From contig JBBCJC010000006.1 in the NCBI GenBank assembly GCA_037189525.1, positions 1-35,902 of the forward strand: a stretch of DNA of 35,902 nucleotides. The letters are read 5' to 3'. Shown piece after piece: positions 8,777 to 18,459 of this stretch. The position numbers were made by a program, and so were the translations under genes. How positions within the stretch are numbered: position 1 is the first letter of the stretch; every line of letters starts with the position of its first letter. This DNA is from Gemmatimonadales bacterium. Its GTDB lineage: Bacteria; Gemmatimonadota; Gemmatimonadetes; Gemmatimonadales; GWC2-71-9. The notes beneath the pieces were generated by a model that worked only from the letters and a program-made list of their open reading frames with translations, was not told where the DNA came from and did no database searches.

Positions 8777-9886
8777 CTATCCGTCCGTTGCTTCGTGCAA
8801 ACCCCCAGGGATTGGCACGGCGATCCGCACCTCGTAGACATCATCCGCAAGCCTCCCGTGGCGGATCCGACCCCGATCGCCATAGAGGAGCGTCAACCTG
8901 TCCGCGACCAGGCGCAAACCGATCCCGTTGCCACTGTGCGGTCGATCGAAACGTGCGCATGTGGAGTTCTTGATGCAAATTTGCAGGTCGGATCCGTCAA
9001 TCCAGCATTTGACAGACACCCATCCAGGCTCCCTTGTTCTCGCAATCGAGTGCACGATCGCATTCTCGACCACTGGCTGTAACGAAAGGACTGGCACAGG
9101 AATATCCAGGCATGTTTCTTCCGCTTCAATCGTGGAGGACATCCGATCCCCCAAACGAATCTCTTCGATGGTCAGATAGCTGGTGAGCTGATGCAGTTCC
9201 TCGCCTAGCCGCCGCTCAGGAGCATCGTGTGATTTCAGGCTATCCCTAAGCATCTCGCAAATGGCAACCAGCATGCGATCTGCCTGATCGACATCCAATC
9301 GCATCAGCTCTGCAACAGAGTTGAGTGCATTGAACAGAAAATGTGGATTGAGCTGTGACCTAAGCGCTTCGAGCCTGGCATTCACAAGGCTTCGTTCCAG
9401 ATCAGCCAGAACACGGTCGCGCTCTTGTGTTCTCTCGTAGTAGACGACGCCATGCGCGACCCCCACCACCATCCACCCCAGCATCATGTTGTTGCTGACG
9501 CTGGACACGAGAACATCCCGGAATGATGGAAGGACGCTATACCAGCCAAAGATCGGGTTGGTGTAATACGCGTAGGCACCCTTGCAGACGATGAATACGC
9601 CGATGGCGACTACATATATCGCCAGGCTCCGCCACCAGTCCTTCCTGCCAAGCGGGAACGTGCTCGCCAGGAAATAGATGGCAATCGTCATCGGTATCCA
9701 TGGCCACACACTCCCGTAGGCGTAGCTGAGCGCGCCTGACCAAGTCAATTGCGTTCCTGCAGGCGACGTGATTCCGACGATCTGTGTCGCCATCATGAGT
9801 CCGTAGAGCGACCACCAGGCGACGATGGACGCAACCCGCCTGACGACTCGTTTTCTGTCTTCCATCATGCCCGATCCGTGCTTCAA
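8777..9886 (-). CDS. LytS-type sensor histidine kinase
   Basis: About four N-terminal TM segments; H-box LRSQLNPHFLFNALNS; LQPVVENAIVH; GNGIGL. Start is TTG 9886 or ATG 9868. Confidence 0.93.
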   Translation of the reverse strand: MKHGSGMMEDRKRVVRRVASIVAWWSLYGLMMATQIVGITSPAGTQLTWSGALSYAYGSVWPWIPMTIAIYFLASTFPLGRKDWWRSLAIYVVAIGVFIVCKGAYAYYTNPIFGWYSVLPSFRDVLVSSVSNNMMLGWMVVGVAHGVVYYERTQERDRVLADLERSLVNARLEALRSQLNPHFLFNALNSVAELMRLDVDQADRMLVAICEMLRDSLKSHDAPERRLGEELHQLTSYLTIEEIRLGDRMSSTIEAEETCLDIPVPVLSLQPVVENAIVHSIARTREPGWVSVKCWIDGSDLQICIKNSTCARFDRPHSGNGIGLRLVADRLTLLYGDRGRIRHGRLADDVYEVRIAVPIPGGLHEATDG

Positions 9887-10045
9887 GGCACCCCGATCTG
9901 CGGAGAATACGGCGATGAAAGTGTCTGCGCATCCCTGCAGGCCCGCAGCGCTCTGGCGAGCAGCGAATTTTTCACGCAGGTGCGCAGCTGGCAGTCGGCG
10001 CCAGCCAATGGACGTTCCTGTGAAATGCCCTGCGCCATCACAACC

Positions 10046-11047
10046 TCATCCTGTCGAGAGGTCGCTCGTATATTCATGAACCAGTTCAATCACCACATTG
10101 CCACGCTTTCGTCCGGTGTCCACGTATCGGTGCGCGTCCTTGATTTCATCGATTGGATAAACCCTGTCCAGCAGAGGGCGAAAACCACCGCTTTCCGCGA
10201 GGGCTGCGATGACCTTGATGTCATTCGGCAAAACAGCAACCGGGCCCGCCAGAACGCGCTTGCTGGATATCGGTGCAATCAACGGAGCATGCAGCATGTC
10301 CAACAGATCAGCAGCCACCAGCATCAGGCGACCGCCCTCATTCAGCACATGATTGCATCGCCGATAACTGCAGTTGCCGACCGTATCGAGGATCACGTCA
10401 TAGGATTCACCGCTCGCGACAAAGTCATGTTCCGTGTAATCGATGACGCGATTCGCCCCCAGTGCTTTCACGACGCTTGTATTCCTCGGCCCACATACGC
10501 CGGTCACCTCCCCCCCAAGGGATTTGGCGATCTGGATCGCAGCGCTCCCGACACAGCCGGACGATCCGTTGACAAGTATCGTCTCGCCGGAACGGAATCT
10601 TCCTCGCCGCAGGAAATCCAGCGCCGTGGTTCCTCCAAATGACAGCGCCGCAGCCTGTCGATGACTCAGGCTATTCGGCTTTCGCGCCACCGCTCCGCTC
10701 TCGGGGATGCAGCAATACTCGGCGTGACAGCCCATTCTTGCGCCGAGCAAGCCGAACACCCGATCTCCGGCCTGGAATGCAGTAACACGCGCCCCGGATT
10801 TTTCCACTGTTCCGGAGAATTCACTGCCAAGTATCGCCGTCTTCGGACGCCGAACTCCGTACATGGCACGCCCAAGCGCCGAGAATCCGAACGGCATATC
10901 CATGCTGCGCAATCGACAGTCGCCCGAAGTCACTGTCGTGGCGTGGATCCTGACCAGAATCTCGTCGTCGGCAGGCTCAGGCTTGGGAACTTCGGCCAGA
11001 TCCAGGACATCAGGCCCGCCATAGCGGTCATGGACAACCGCTTTCAT
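10046..11047 (-). CDS. MDR-superfamily NAD(P)-dependent oxidoreductase (quinone-reductase-like, probably zinc-independent)
   Basis: Starts MKAVVHDRYGGPDVL; GSEFSG replaces GHE; NGSSGCVG nucleotide-binding loop; AHRYVDTGRKRGNVVI C-terminus. Confidence 0.9.
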   Translation of the reverse strand: MKAVVHDRYGGPDVLDLAEVPKPEPADDEILVRIHATTVTSGDCRLRSMDMPFGFSALGRAMYGVRRPKTAILGSEFSGTVEKSGARVTAFQAGDRVFGLLGARMGCHAEYCCIPESGAVARKPNSLSHRQAAALSFGGTTALDFLRRGRFRSGETILVNGSSGCVGSAAIQIAKSLGGEVTGVCGPRNTSVVKALGANRVIDYTEHDFVASGESYDVILDTVGNCSYRRCNHVLNEGGRLMLVAADLLDMLHAPLIAPISSKRVLAGPVAVLPNDIKVIAALAESGGFRPLLDRVYPIDEIKDAHRYVDTGRKRGNVVIELVHEYTSDLSTG

Positions 11048-11242
11048 CTTGCCGCTTGCCGACACAGTTTCTCCTGAGAACCGGACTCTGGAATCTACCC
11101 GCGTGTCGACTTCACCCACCTTCAAGAATGAGCCACGTCAAGCACCCCACTTTCCACACAGGGAAGGACGCGCGACCCGATCATGGGTCCGACGTGCATA
11201 TTCTGCGTACGCTGACGTCGCACCAACACTCAGCCGCAGGCT

Positions 11243-11566
11243 CTACCTTGCATTGCAAACGGGAGGATTTGTCATGCCGAACGAGAACAGGTTCCCGCCA
11301 TTGATCGTGCACGCGTATGTCTTTCCATCCTTTCCCTTCAGTGTCACGTAAGTATTCACGCCCTCCACGCGCCGGGACTCCATCGTCAGATCAGACGGCG
11401 CGATTCCCAGCGTGCCGCCTGCCTCGGAGAGGATGCGCTCGTCGGACAGACCATTCGTCTTTTCTGCGATCGAGCCACACGCCACCAACGGGATGCAGCA
11501 CGCCACCACGAGCCCCCCACCAAAACGCGCAAGATTGACCTTGTAACCAACAATTGAATTCAACAT
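11243..11566 (-). CDS. Hypothetical small lipoprotein
   Basis: Lipobox LVA-C-G after a hydrophobic stretch; two further Cys (YACTING, PPVC). Start uncertain; ATG 11566 chosen. Confidence 0.72.
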   Translation of the reverse strand: MLNSIVGYKVNLARFGGGLVVACCIPLVACGSIAEKTNGLSDERILSEAGGTLGIAPSDLTMESRRVEGVNTYVTLKGKDGKTYACTINGGNLFSFGMTNPPVCNAR

Positions 11567-11744
11567 TGTTCGAAGTCTCGTGCCTGCCGATCGCATTGCA
11601 TCGATCATTCCGTGCCTATATAGGCCACTCAATGCATTAGTGACAAACCGCACGAACAAGGGGATCAACAGCACGCCTGATCACCCGCGCCACGAGGCAA
11701 CTGCACGCCAGTCCGGATCCGGCTTGCACCGAACCCCGGCAATC

Positions 11745-12938
11745 TCAGTCATGCGGGGTATTGAGAAGCGATCGACACATGTCTCCTGCGGGCCCCGTGG
11801 ATTGAATACGGATATCCGCCACGCGCCATGCATTCTTCGCGTCCTGGGCGGCCACGAATGTCACTTCACACGCACTGTACGCGCCACTTTGCGAGAGCAC
11901 GCGACCAGAGGCAGCACTAACCACTGCCGTCCGTGTATCCGCCTGATCATCGTAGCTGATGAAGCGCAGCCCACCTGCCTCGCTCACCCTCGGCGCAGTG
12001 CCCAGTCGCGCGACCACCAGCTCTTCCGGTTTCGCCAACCAAACCGCCAGCAACGATGATTCCAATTCCGTGACCTGCCTGCCTGCACGCACCCTCTGCA
12101 CAGTCGCCAAGAACGCTTGCTCAGCCTGATCCGCCTCGATTATCGGCTTTGCGAACGCTTGCGCCTGGGCATCGAGCCTGTCCATTTCCCGAGCTATCCT
12201 TGCAAGCTCTTCCTGATTCCTCGCAATCTCTGCACTGGACAGCTGTCGGTCTCTTTTACCTCGAGGTCGCTGCGCTTTCCACAAGTGACTCCATGTAAAA
12301 CTGGCGAGACTCAAGACATTTCCAACCCCATTGACCCAGGCAACATCACCAATGCCAAGGGGCGCCAAAGCAGCATTGAGCTTGGCATTGTCAACCGAAC
12401 TCGAACCGCCAGCACTGCTGATCGCAGACCGGACCATGATGTTGTTGCAAGCGAACATTCCGGCCTTGAAAATGGCGGGATCAGAGATTGATTGCCACTG
12501 GGTTTGGGGCAGCGGAACCTGGTCAGCATCCCGAGTAAATTGATAGCTTCGTTCCGCCATGCGCCAACGCAACGGCGCGGGCAGCTTTTTGGGCGCCTGT
12601 TCAGCCGACCTTCTCCGCCGTCCTGGCCACTGTTGCATCTGTTCGACGGGACATTCGAACTGCAGCTTCATTTCCGCCCAATCTGGCTTCGATGTTTTCT
12701 CGTAAACGCCAATGACTTCGATTTCGTGCACGGACATCGGACCAAATATCGCGTCCATTGGCGTGCGATCCATGATGGTGCTGAAACTGGTGAAGAAGAG
12801 CTCCCTTTCTCCCAACTCCCCACTGCCATGAAACATCACCATGTTCGCGCACGCGGATCCTGGCATCAAAATCAAACTCAAGACGACCAGTCCCGATAAA
12901 CGTGCAGAATGAATGGCGCTGCGCTTCGATTCATTCAT
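11745..12938 (-). CDS. Hypothetical exported protein
   Basis: 397 aa from ATG 12938; signal peptide (basic n-region, LVVLSLILM, SACA cleavage); central coiled-coil-like stretch. No family recognised. Confidence 0.75.
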   Translation of the reverse strand: MNESKRSAIHSARLSGLVVLSLILMPGSACANMVMFHGSGELGERELFFTSFSTIMDRTPMDAIFGPMSVHEIEVIGVYEKTSKPDWAEMKLQFECPVEQMQQWPGRRRRSAEQAPKKLPAPLRWRMAERSYQFTRDADQVPLPQTQWQSISDPAIFKAGMFACNNIMVRSAISSAGGSSSVDNAKLNAALAPLGIGDVAWVNGVGNVLSLASFTWSHLWKAQRPRGKRDRQLSSAEIARNQEELARIAREMDRLDAQAQAFAKPIIEADQAEQAFLATVQRVRAGRQVTELESSLLAVWLAKPEELVVARLGTAPRVSEAGGLRFISYDDQADTRTAVVSAASGRVLSQSGAYSACEVTFVAAQDAKNAWRVADIRIQSTGPAGDMCRSLLNTPHD

Positions 12939-13882
12939 ACGAGCGTTTCCATTGTCCAATGCCGTCAAAAGGACATCTATCCATCTCCCTGCCTTTCTGC
13001 AATTCATGTGCCCGAATCCACCTGCGTCACCAGGTCCAAATTTTGCCATTCCCTGATGTGATCAGGCTCTCCACATATTGTCGTTTGTCACCTCAGGAAT
13101 GCTGTTCATCACAACAGCACTTCCACCTCCCAATAGACGACACAAATTACATGAGCTCCACTTTCGGTGGACAAACGAACGAGTGTTCGCCACGCCCCAA
13201 TCTGTCTTGTCGTTAGGCGGTGATGCAAAGCAGATCAAAATGAATATTCTGGATTCTAGAGTTGTCGAAACTTGCTACGCGTTGCCACAAGACAATCAGA
13301 ATCCGTCTTCTACCTGCTTCCTGGAAACCCGGTTCTTATCTGTCGACCGCATGAATACATCAACAGTATCGTGCTGCCTTACATGGCGATCAGCAGTCAT
13401 AGATGGAGGTTCGTTGAGAATCGCAAGAATCGCCACCCAGGCGAATCAATGAATCGATGCAGGGCGAGGCATGCCCATCCCTTCGCATGGCGCGATCATC
13501 GCCAACTCGCAAATCGACACCGGAATCCTGGTCGCTTCATCCCAACGCTACGTACATTCGACAAAGCCAGTCATTTGCGCAGACAAGGACGGCCCTAAAG
13601 GCACATGGACCCATGAATACAGGCACACCCAATTTCCAGCATGAAGTCCCCGGACTATGACCGGAACCGCCAGCTGTTTGGATTGGATCTAATGTTCGAC
13701 GCGGACGGCAACCGTCTCTCCGAACTGGACCGCTACGGGAAAGTTGGCGAGGATCATGGCTGCGGCCATGTTGAATATGCAGATTGACTGCTGTTCATGA
13801 TTGCCAATATCCCGAAAATCAATACTCCTCGAGCAAGATAACTTTCAGTCCGTCCTTCTTTAACCGAATCAATTCCATCGAG

Positions 13883-14314
13883 ATGAATCATCCCGACAGC
13901 CCTTACCTGATCATTGGCGCCGCACTCAGCGCCGCTGCGGCAGTCGTACACGTTGGCGCCGTGATTGGCGGCGGAGCCTGGTACCGATTCCTGGGTGCCG
14001 GTGAACGCATGGCCAAGTTGGCTGAAGCGGGGAACTGGCGCCCCACCATCGTCACGTTGGCCATCGCCAGCATGTTGCTAGCGTTCTCTCTATATGCACT
14101 ATCCGGCGCAGGCATTGTTGTGAAGCTGCCACTCTTGCGCATCGTACTGTGCGCGATCACTGCTATCTATTTGCTTCGCGCGGTAGGATTTTTGCCGCTG
14201 ATGCCACTATTCCCCGGCAACAGCGTGAGATTCTGGTTAGTGAGCTCAAGCATCTGCCTCGCACTCGGTGTCATTCATCTAATCGGTCTTCACCGGGCTT
14301 GGGCATATTTATGA
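13883..14314 (+). CDS. Hypothetical membrane protein (about 4 TM)
   Basis: 143 aa hydrophobic ORF with WYRFLGAGERMA, YALSGAG and IYLLRA segments. Confidence 0.8.
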   Translation: MNHPDSPYLIIGAALSAAAAVVHVGAVIGGGAWYRFLGAGERMAKLAEAGNWRPTIVTLAIASMLLAFSLYALSGAGIVVKLPLLRIVLCAITAIYLLRAVGFLPLMPLFPGNSVRFWLVSSSICLALGVIHLIGLHRAWAYL

Positions 14315-14394
14315 CCCAATCCAACCGGGCAGTGGATCGAGTGTTGGAGTAGCAAGTAGCAACGCGCTTGTCTGGCCCATGCCGCTTCTTCAAT

Positions 14395-14482
14395 TCGACA
14401 AATCTTCCTCCTCTTCGACGTGAACACTCCTCATGGTCTTGATTGGCCGTTTTGCAAGTGTCCGCGATAGCGGGGAAACCCA
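14395..14482 (-). mobile_element. Degenerate IS3-family left-end remnant
   Basis: Minus strand: TGGGTTTCCCCGCTATCGCGGACAC (TG start, IS3-like IR), then GAGGAG-N5-ACG TCG AAG AGG AGG AAG = (M)SKRRK, resembling an OrfA N-terminus with a mutated start codon. Confidence 0.55.
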
Positions 14483-14505
14483 GTCGCAATCACCACGCGA
14501 GATAT

Positions 14506-16557
14506 TCAGACCAGGGCGTTGTCATCCATGCCCGAGTGGCGCAGCAACGCGTCCATGCTCGGGGCTCGACCACGGAAGGCCTTGAAGTTCTCGATCGCCG
14601 GGCGGCTACCGCCACGGGCGAGGATCTCGTGGCGGAAGCGCGCGCCGGTCTCGACGATCCGTTCCGGTGCCTCTTCGAATGCGGCGTAAGCATCGGCGCT
14701 GAGCACCTCGGCCCACTTGTAGCTGTAGTAACCGGCCGCATAGCCGCCTGCGAAGATGTGGCTGAACTGGTGCGGGAACCTGTTCCATGCTGGCACTGGA
14801 TTGACCGCGACTTCCGCGCGCACGCGCGCAATCAACGACAGCACGTCGTCGTTCCCGGGGTCGAAGTTCCCGTGCAGCTCCATGTCGAACAACGCGAACT
14901 CGAGCTGGCGCACGGTCTGCATGCCGCTCTGGAAGTTCTTCGCTGCCAACATTTTGTCGAACAGCACGCGCGGAAGCGGCTCTCCGGTCACGGTATGCGC
15001 GGTCATCGCCTGCACGCGCTCCCATTCCCAGCAGAAGTTCTCCATGAACTGGCTGGGCAACTCCACCGCATCCCACTCCACGCCGTTGAGACCGGCGACA
15101 CCCAGTTCGCCAATCTCGGTCAGCAGCTGGTTCAGGCCATGCCCCATCTCGTGGAACAAGGTGATGACTTCGTCGTGGCTGAAGGTCGCCGGCTTGCCGT
15201 CGACGCTCTTGCCGAAGTTGCACACCAGGTACACCAGCGGCGTCTGGCGGCCACGCGCGGTATCGCGCCGGTTGCGGCAATCGTTCATCCATGCGCCACC
15301 GCGCTTGCCGGTGCGCGCATACAGGTCGAGGTAGAACTGGCCGACGAGGCGGCCATCGCCATCCACCAGTCGGTAGAAACGCACGTCCTCGTGCCACGTC
15401 GGCGCTGTGTCTTCTTCGACACGCAGGCCGTAGAGCGCATGGATGACGTCGAACAGTCCCGCCAGCACGTTCGGCTCGGTGAAATACTGTTTGACCTCCT
15501 GCGCCGAAAAGCTGTAACGCGCCTCGCTGAGCTTCTCGCTGGCCCAAGGCAGGTCCCACGGCTCCAGCGCATCGAGCCCGAGTTCGTCCTTGGCGAAGCG
15601 CTCCAGTTCCTCGCGGTCCCTGCGTGCATGCGGGCGCGCACGACCGGCGAGGCTGCGCAGGAACGCCAGCACTTCATCGGGCGTGTCGGCCATCTTCGTC
15701 GCCAGCGAATATCCGGCATAGTTCGCGAATCCCAGCAACGACGCCAGCTCCGCGCGCAGCGCGACGATCCGCGCGATCAAGGACGAGTTGTCACGCTCCG
15801 GGGCGTCACCCAGTTCAGACGCGCGTACAGCCGAAGCGCGATAGAGCGTTTCCCGCAAGGACCGGTCATCGGCATAGGTCAACACCGGTAGGTACACCGG
15901 CATCTGCAGTCCCAGCATCCATCCTGGCTTGCCGGCTTTCTCCGCCGCGGCACGGCAAGCGGCTACGACATCGGCAGGCAAGCCGGCGAGCCTTGCCTCA
16001 TCCTCGACATGGAACGCGTATGCATCGGTGGCATCGAGCACGTTCTGCGAGAACTTCGTCGACAGTTCGGACAGCTCCTGCCGGATGGCAGCGAAACGCG
16101 CCTTGTCTTCCTCGCCAAGTTCGGCGCCGCCGAGGCGGAAGCCACGCAACTCGTTGTCGACCACCTTGCAGCGCGCGGCATCGAAGCTTGCGTACTCAGG
16201 CGCATCGAGCAACGCCTTGTACTGCGCGAACAGCGCCAGGTTTTGCGACAGGGCACTCCAGAACCGTGTCACTCGCGGTTGCTGCGCGTTGTACGTCTCG
16301 CGCAGTTGCGGCGTGCTGACCACGGCCTCGAGATGCTCCACCTGGCCCCAGGCGCGACTCAGTCGCTCGGTCGCATCATCCAGCGGCTCGACCAGCGTGT
16401 TCCATGCCACCGGGGAGACCTGTTCCGCAGCCTTCACCGCTGCATCCGCCTCGGCGATCAGCTGGTCGAGCGCGGGTTCGATGTGACTTGGCTGGATGCC
16501 GTCGAAGCGGGGCAGGCCGGAGAAGTCGAGCAACGGGTTGTCTTGGGCAGTGGTCAT
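14506..16557 (-). CDS. prlC: Oligopeptidase A (M3 metallopeptidase)
   Basis: 683 aa; NPLLDFSGLPRF, DLYARTGKRGGAWM, HEMGH (HExxH), DAVELPSQFMENFCW, HIFAGGYAAGYYSYKWAEVL. Confidence 0.96.
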   Translation of the reverse strand: MTTAQDNPLLDFSGLPRFDGIQPSHIEPALDQLIAEADAAVKAAEQVSPVAWNTLVEPLDDATERLSRAWGQVEHLEAVVSTPQLRETYNAQQPRVTRFWSALSQNLALFAQYKALLDAPEYASFDAARCKVVDNELRGFRLGGAELGEEDKARFAAIRQELSELSTKFSQNVLDATDAYAFHVEDEARLAGLPADVVAACRAAAEKAGKPGWMLGLQMPVYLPVLTYADDRSLRETLYRASAVRASELGDAPERDNSSLIARIVALRAELASLLGFANYAGYSLATKMADTPDEVLAFLRSLAGRARPHARRDREELERFAKDELGLDALEPWDLPWASEKLSEARYSFSAQEVKQYFTEPNVLAGLFDVIHALYGLRVEEDTAPTWHEDVRFYRLVDGDGRLVGQFYLDLYARTGKRGGAWMNDCRNRRDTARGRQTPLVYLVCNFGKSVDGKPATFSHDEVITLFHEMGHGLNQLLTEIGELGVAGLNGVEWDAVELPSQFMENFCWEWERVQAMTAHTVTGEPLPRVLFDKMLAAKNFQSGMQTVRQLEFALFDMELHGNFDPGNDDVLSLIARVRAEVAVNPVPAWNRFPHQFSHIFAGGYAAGYYSYKWAEVLSADAYAAFEEAPERIVETGARFRHEILARGGSRPAIENFKAFRGRAPSMDALLRHSGMDDNALV

Positions 16558-16668
16558 GGCGCGAGAGTGAGTAGGCGTCTGGAGGAGATGGAGGCGGAGC
16601 CTGCGATTGGAAGGGTGCCGCCAATGAACGGTTTGTCAGCAATGTAGCGCCCGCAGGCCACGCACGGG

Positions 16669-17796
16669 TCAATCCACGTCAAAGTCGGCCCATGGCAGGC
16701 TGGGCAATGCGCCACCCGCCGCGGCCGTGGCGACCACGGCATCGCCCGCCTCGATGTCGATCCCATTCGCACGATACCAATCGGCATCGTAATAGCTATG
16801 TGCGTAACGTTCTCCGCCATCGCACAGCACGAACACGATCGAACCGTTGCGACCGGCGGATGTCATTCGCTTGGCCGCATGCAGCACGCCGACGAAGTTC
16901 GTGCCTGTCGAACCACCCACGCGCCGACCCAGCGCGCTGCTGACCCAGCGCATCGCCGCAAGGCTGAGCGCATCAGGCACCTTGACCATCGCATCTATGC
17001 AGGCCGGGATGAAGCTCGGCTCGACCCGCGGCCGGCCGATGCCTTCGATGCGTGATCCGTCTTCAAGCGCAAGTGAAGGATCACCACCACCGGCCGCGAC
17101 GGCGGCGTAGTAATCAAAGAACACCGACCGCTCGGGATCGGCACACAACACCCGGGTGGGATGCTGTCGGTAGCGGACGTAACGGCCCAACGTCGCGGCA
17201 GCGCCCCCCGTGCCCGCGCTGCACACGATCCACTCCGGCACCGGGTGCGGCTCGGCGGACATCTGGCGGAAGATCGATTCGGCGATGTTGTTGTTCGCGC
17301 GCCAGTCGGTCGCACGCTCGGCGTAGGTGAACTGGTCCATGAAGTGGCCGCCGGTTTCGCGCGCCAGCCGCAGCGAGGCATCGTGCAGGTCGCAGGCACG
17401 TTCGACCAGATGGCAGCGCCCGCCCTGGAACTCGATGGCGGCGACCTTTTCCGGCGACGTGGATGCAGGCATCACCGCAATGAACGGAATGCCGAGCAAT
17501 CGCGCGAAATAGGCTTCCGACACAGCGGTCGAACCACTGGATGCTTCGATCACCGGCGCACCTTCGCGCAACCAGCCATTCGCCAGCGCATACAGGAACA
17601 GCGAACGCGCCAGGCGATGCTTCAGGCTGCCGGTTGGATGGCTGGACTCATCCTTCAGATAGACATCGATGCCCGGGTAGCCCGGCAACGCCAACGGCAC
17701 CAGATGCGTATCCGCCGACCGGTTGAAGTCGGCTTCGATCCGCGAAATCGCGGCGGCCGTCCATGCGCGCTGCGGCGATGTCGTCGAATCGTGCAT
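16669..17796 (-). CDS. cds1: PLP-dependent cysteine synthase-family protein, Cds1 (L-cysteine desulfhydrase)-type
   Basis: [20 protein letters not shown] (PLP Lys), [14 protein letters not shown] (ASSGST signature), [36 protein letters not shown]. Confidence 0.85.
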   Translation of the reverse strand: MHDSTTSPQRAWTAAAISRIEADFNRSADTHLVPLALPGYPGIDVYLKDESSHPTGSLKHRLARSLFLYALANGWLREGAPVIEASSGSTAVSEAYFARLLGIPFIAVMPASTSPEKVAAIEFQGGRCHLVERACDLHDASLRLARETGGHFMDQFTYAERATDWRANNNIAESIFRQMSAEPHPVPEWIVCSAGTGGAAATLGRYVRYRQHPTRVLCADPERSVFFDYYAAVAAGGGDPSLALEDGSRIEGIGRPRVEPSFIPACIDAMVKVPDALSLAAMRWVSSALGRRVGGSTGTNFVGVLHAAKRMTSAGRNGSIVFVLCDGGERYAHSYYDADWYRANGIDIEAGDAVVATAAAGGALPSLPWADFDVD

Positions 17797-17947
17797 GTCC
17801 GGGGGCTTCTGACTGCGGGAATGGTGATTTTCGCAAATCATGAGCCCCTCGACACGAATCCGGGACCCAGCGGTGCATATGCGCGACAGGCCCTTCGGAC
17901 TTGGATATGCTGCCCCTGTCGATCATGAGATCCACATTCTCGTCCCG

Positions 17948-18355
17948 ATGCCCCTGATCCCGCTGCTGCTGCGCGTCCTGTTGTCTGCGAGCGTGGTGCT
18001 TTACGGCACCGGCTTCGTCACGGCACCTGCGCATGCGCACGACATGCCTGCAATGTCGCAGGACGCCACGCCATCGTCAGGCGAATCATTGACGAAACAG
18101 CCCACCCAGCCAGCTGGCCATGCATCGGACTGCCACGGCGCCAATGTCGATGTCCCCGCACCCGTCGACGAGGCACAGGCAACGGATTGCTGCCAGGCTG
18201 CAGCCTGCAGTTGCCATTGCTCGCATCACGTGCCGGCCGTCGTGGTCTCCGCGACCTTGCAGCCACCCGTGGTGGCTGCGCCGGCATCAAGTGTCTCGCC
18301 GTCCGGATACATGCCGCCTGCGGCCATCGGATTGAATCGACCTCCGATCGCTTGA
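17948..18355 (+). CDS. copL: CopL-family metal-binding protein
   Basis: Hydrophobic N-terminus, Cys/His cluster DCCQAAACSCHCSHH, C-terminal RPPIA; immediately upstream of copA. Confidence 0.85.
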   Translation: MPLIPLLLRVLLSASVVLYGTGFVTAPAHAHDMPAMSQDATPSSGESLTKQPTQPAGHASDCHGANVDVPAPVDEAQATDCCQAAACSCHCSHHVPAVVVSATLQPPVVAAPASSVSPSGYMPPAAIGLNRPPIA

Positions 18356-18459
18356 CACCCTGATCGTGCCGGCTGGCACCGGCCTTCGGTTGCGCGCCCG
18401 TGCGCGCCTTCCTGATCGATCAATGGCGGCCACGGCATTCCGGCCGCTTGGGAAACGAC

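Noticed and set aside
14443..15891. 482-aa plus-strand ORF
   Set aside because: Antisense shadow of prlC, typical of high-GC codon bias; no independent motifs.
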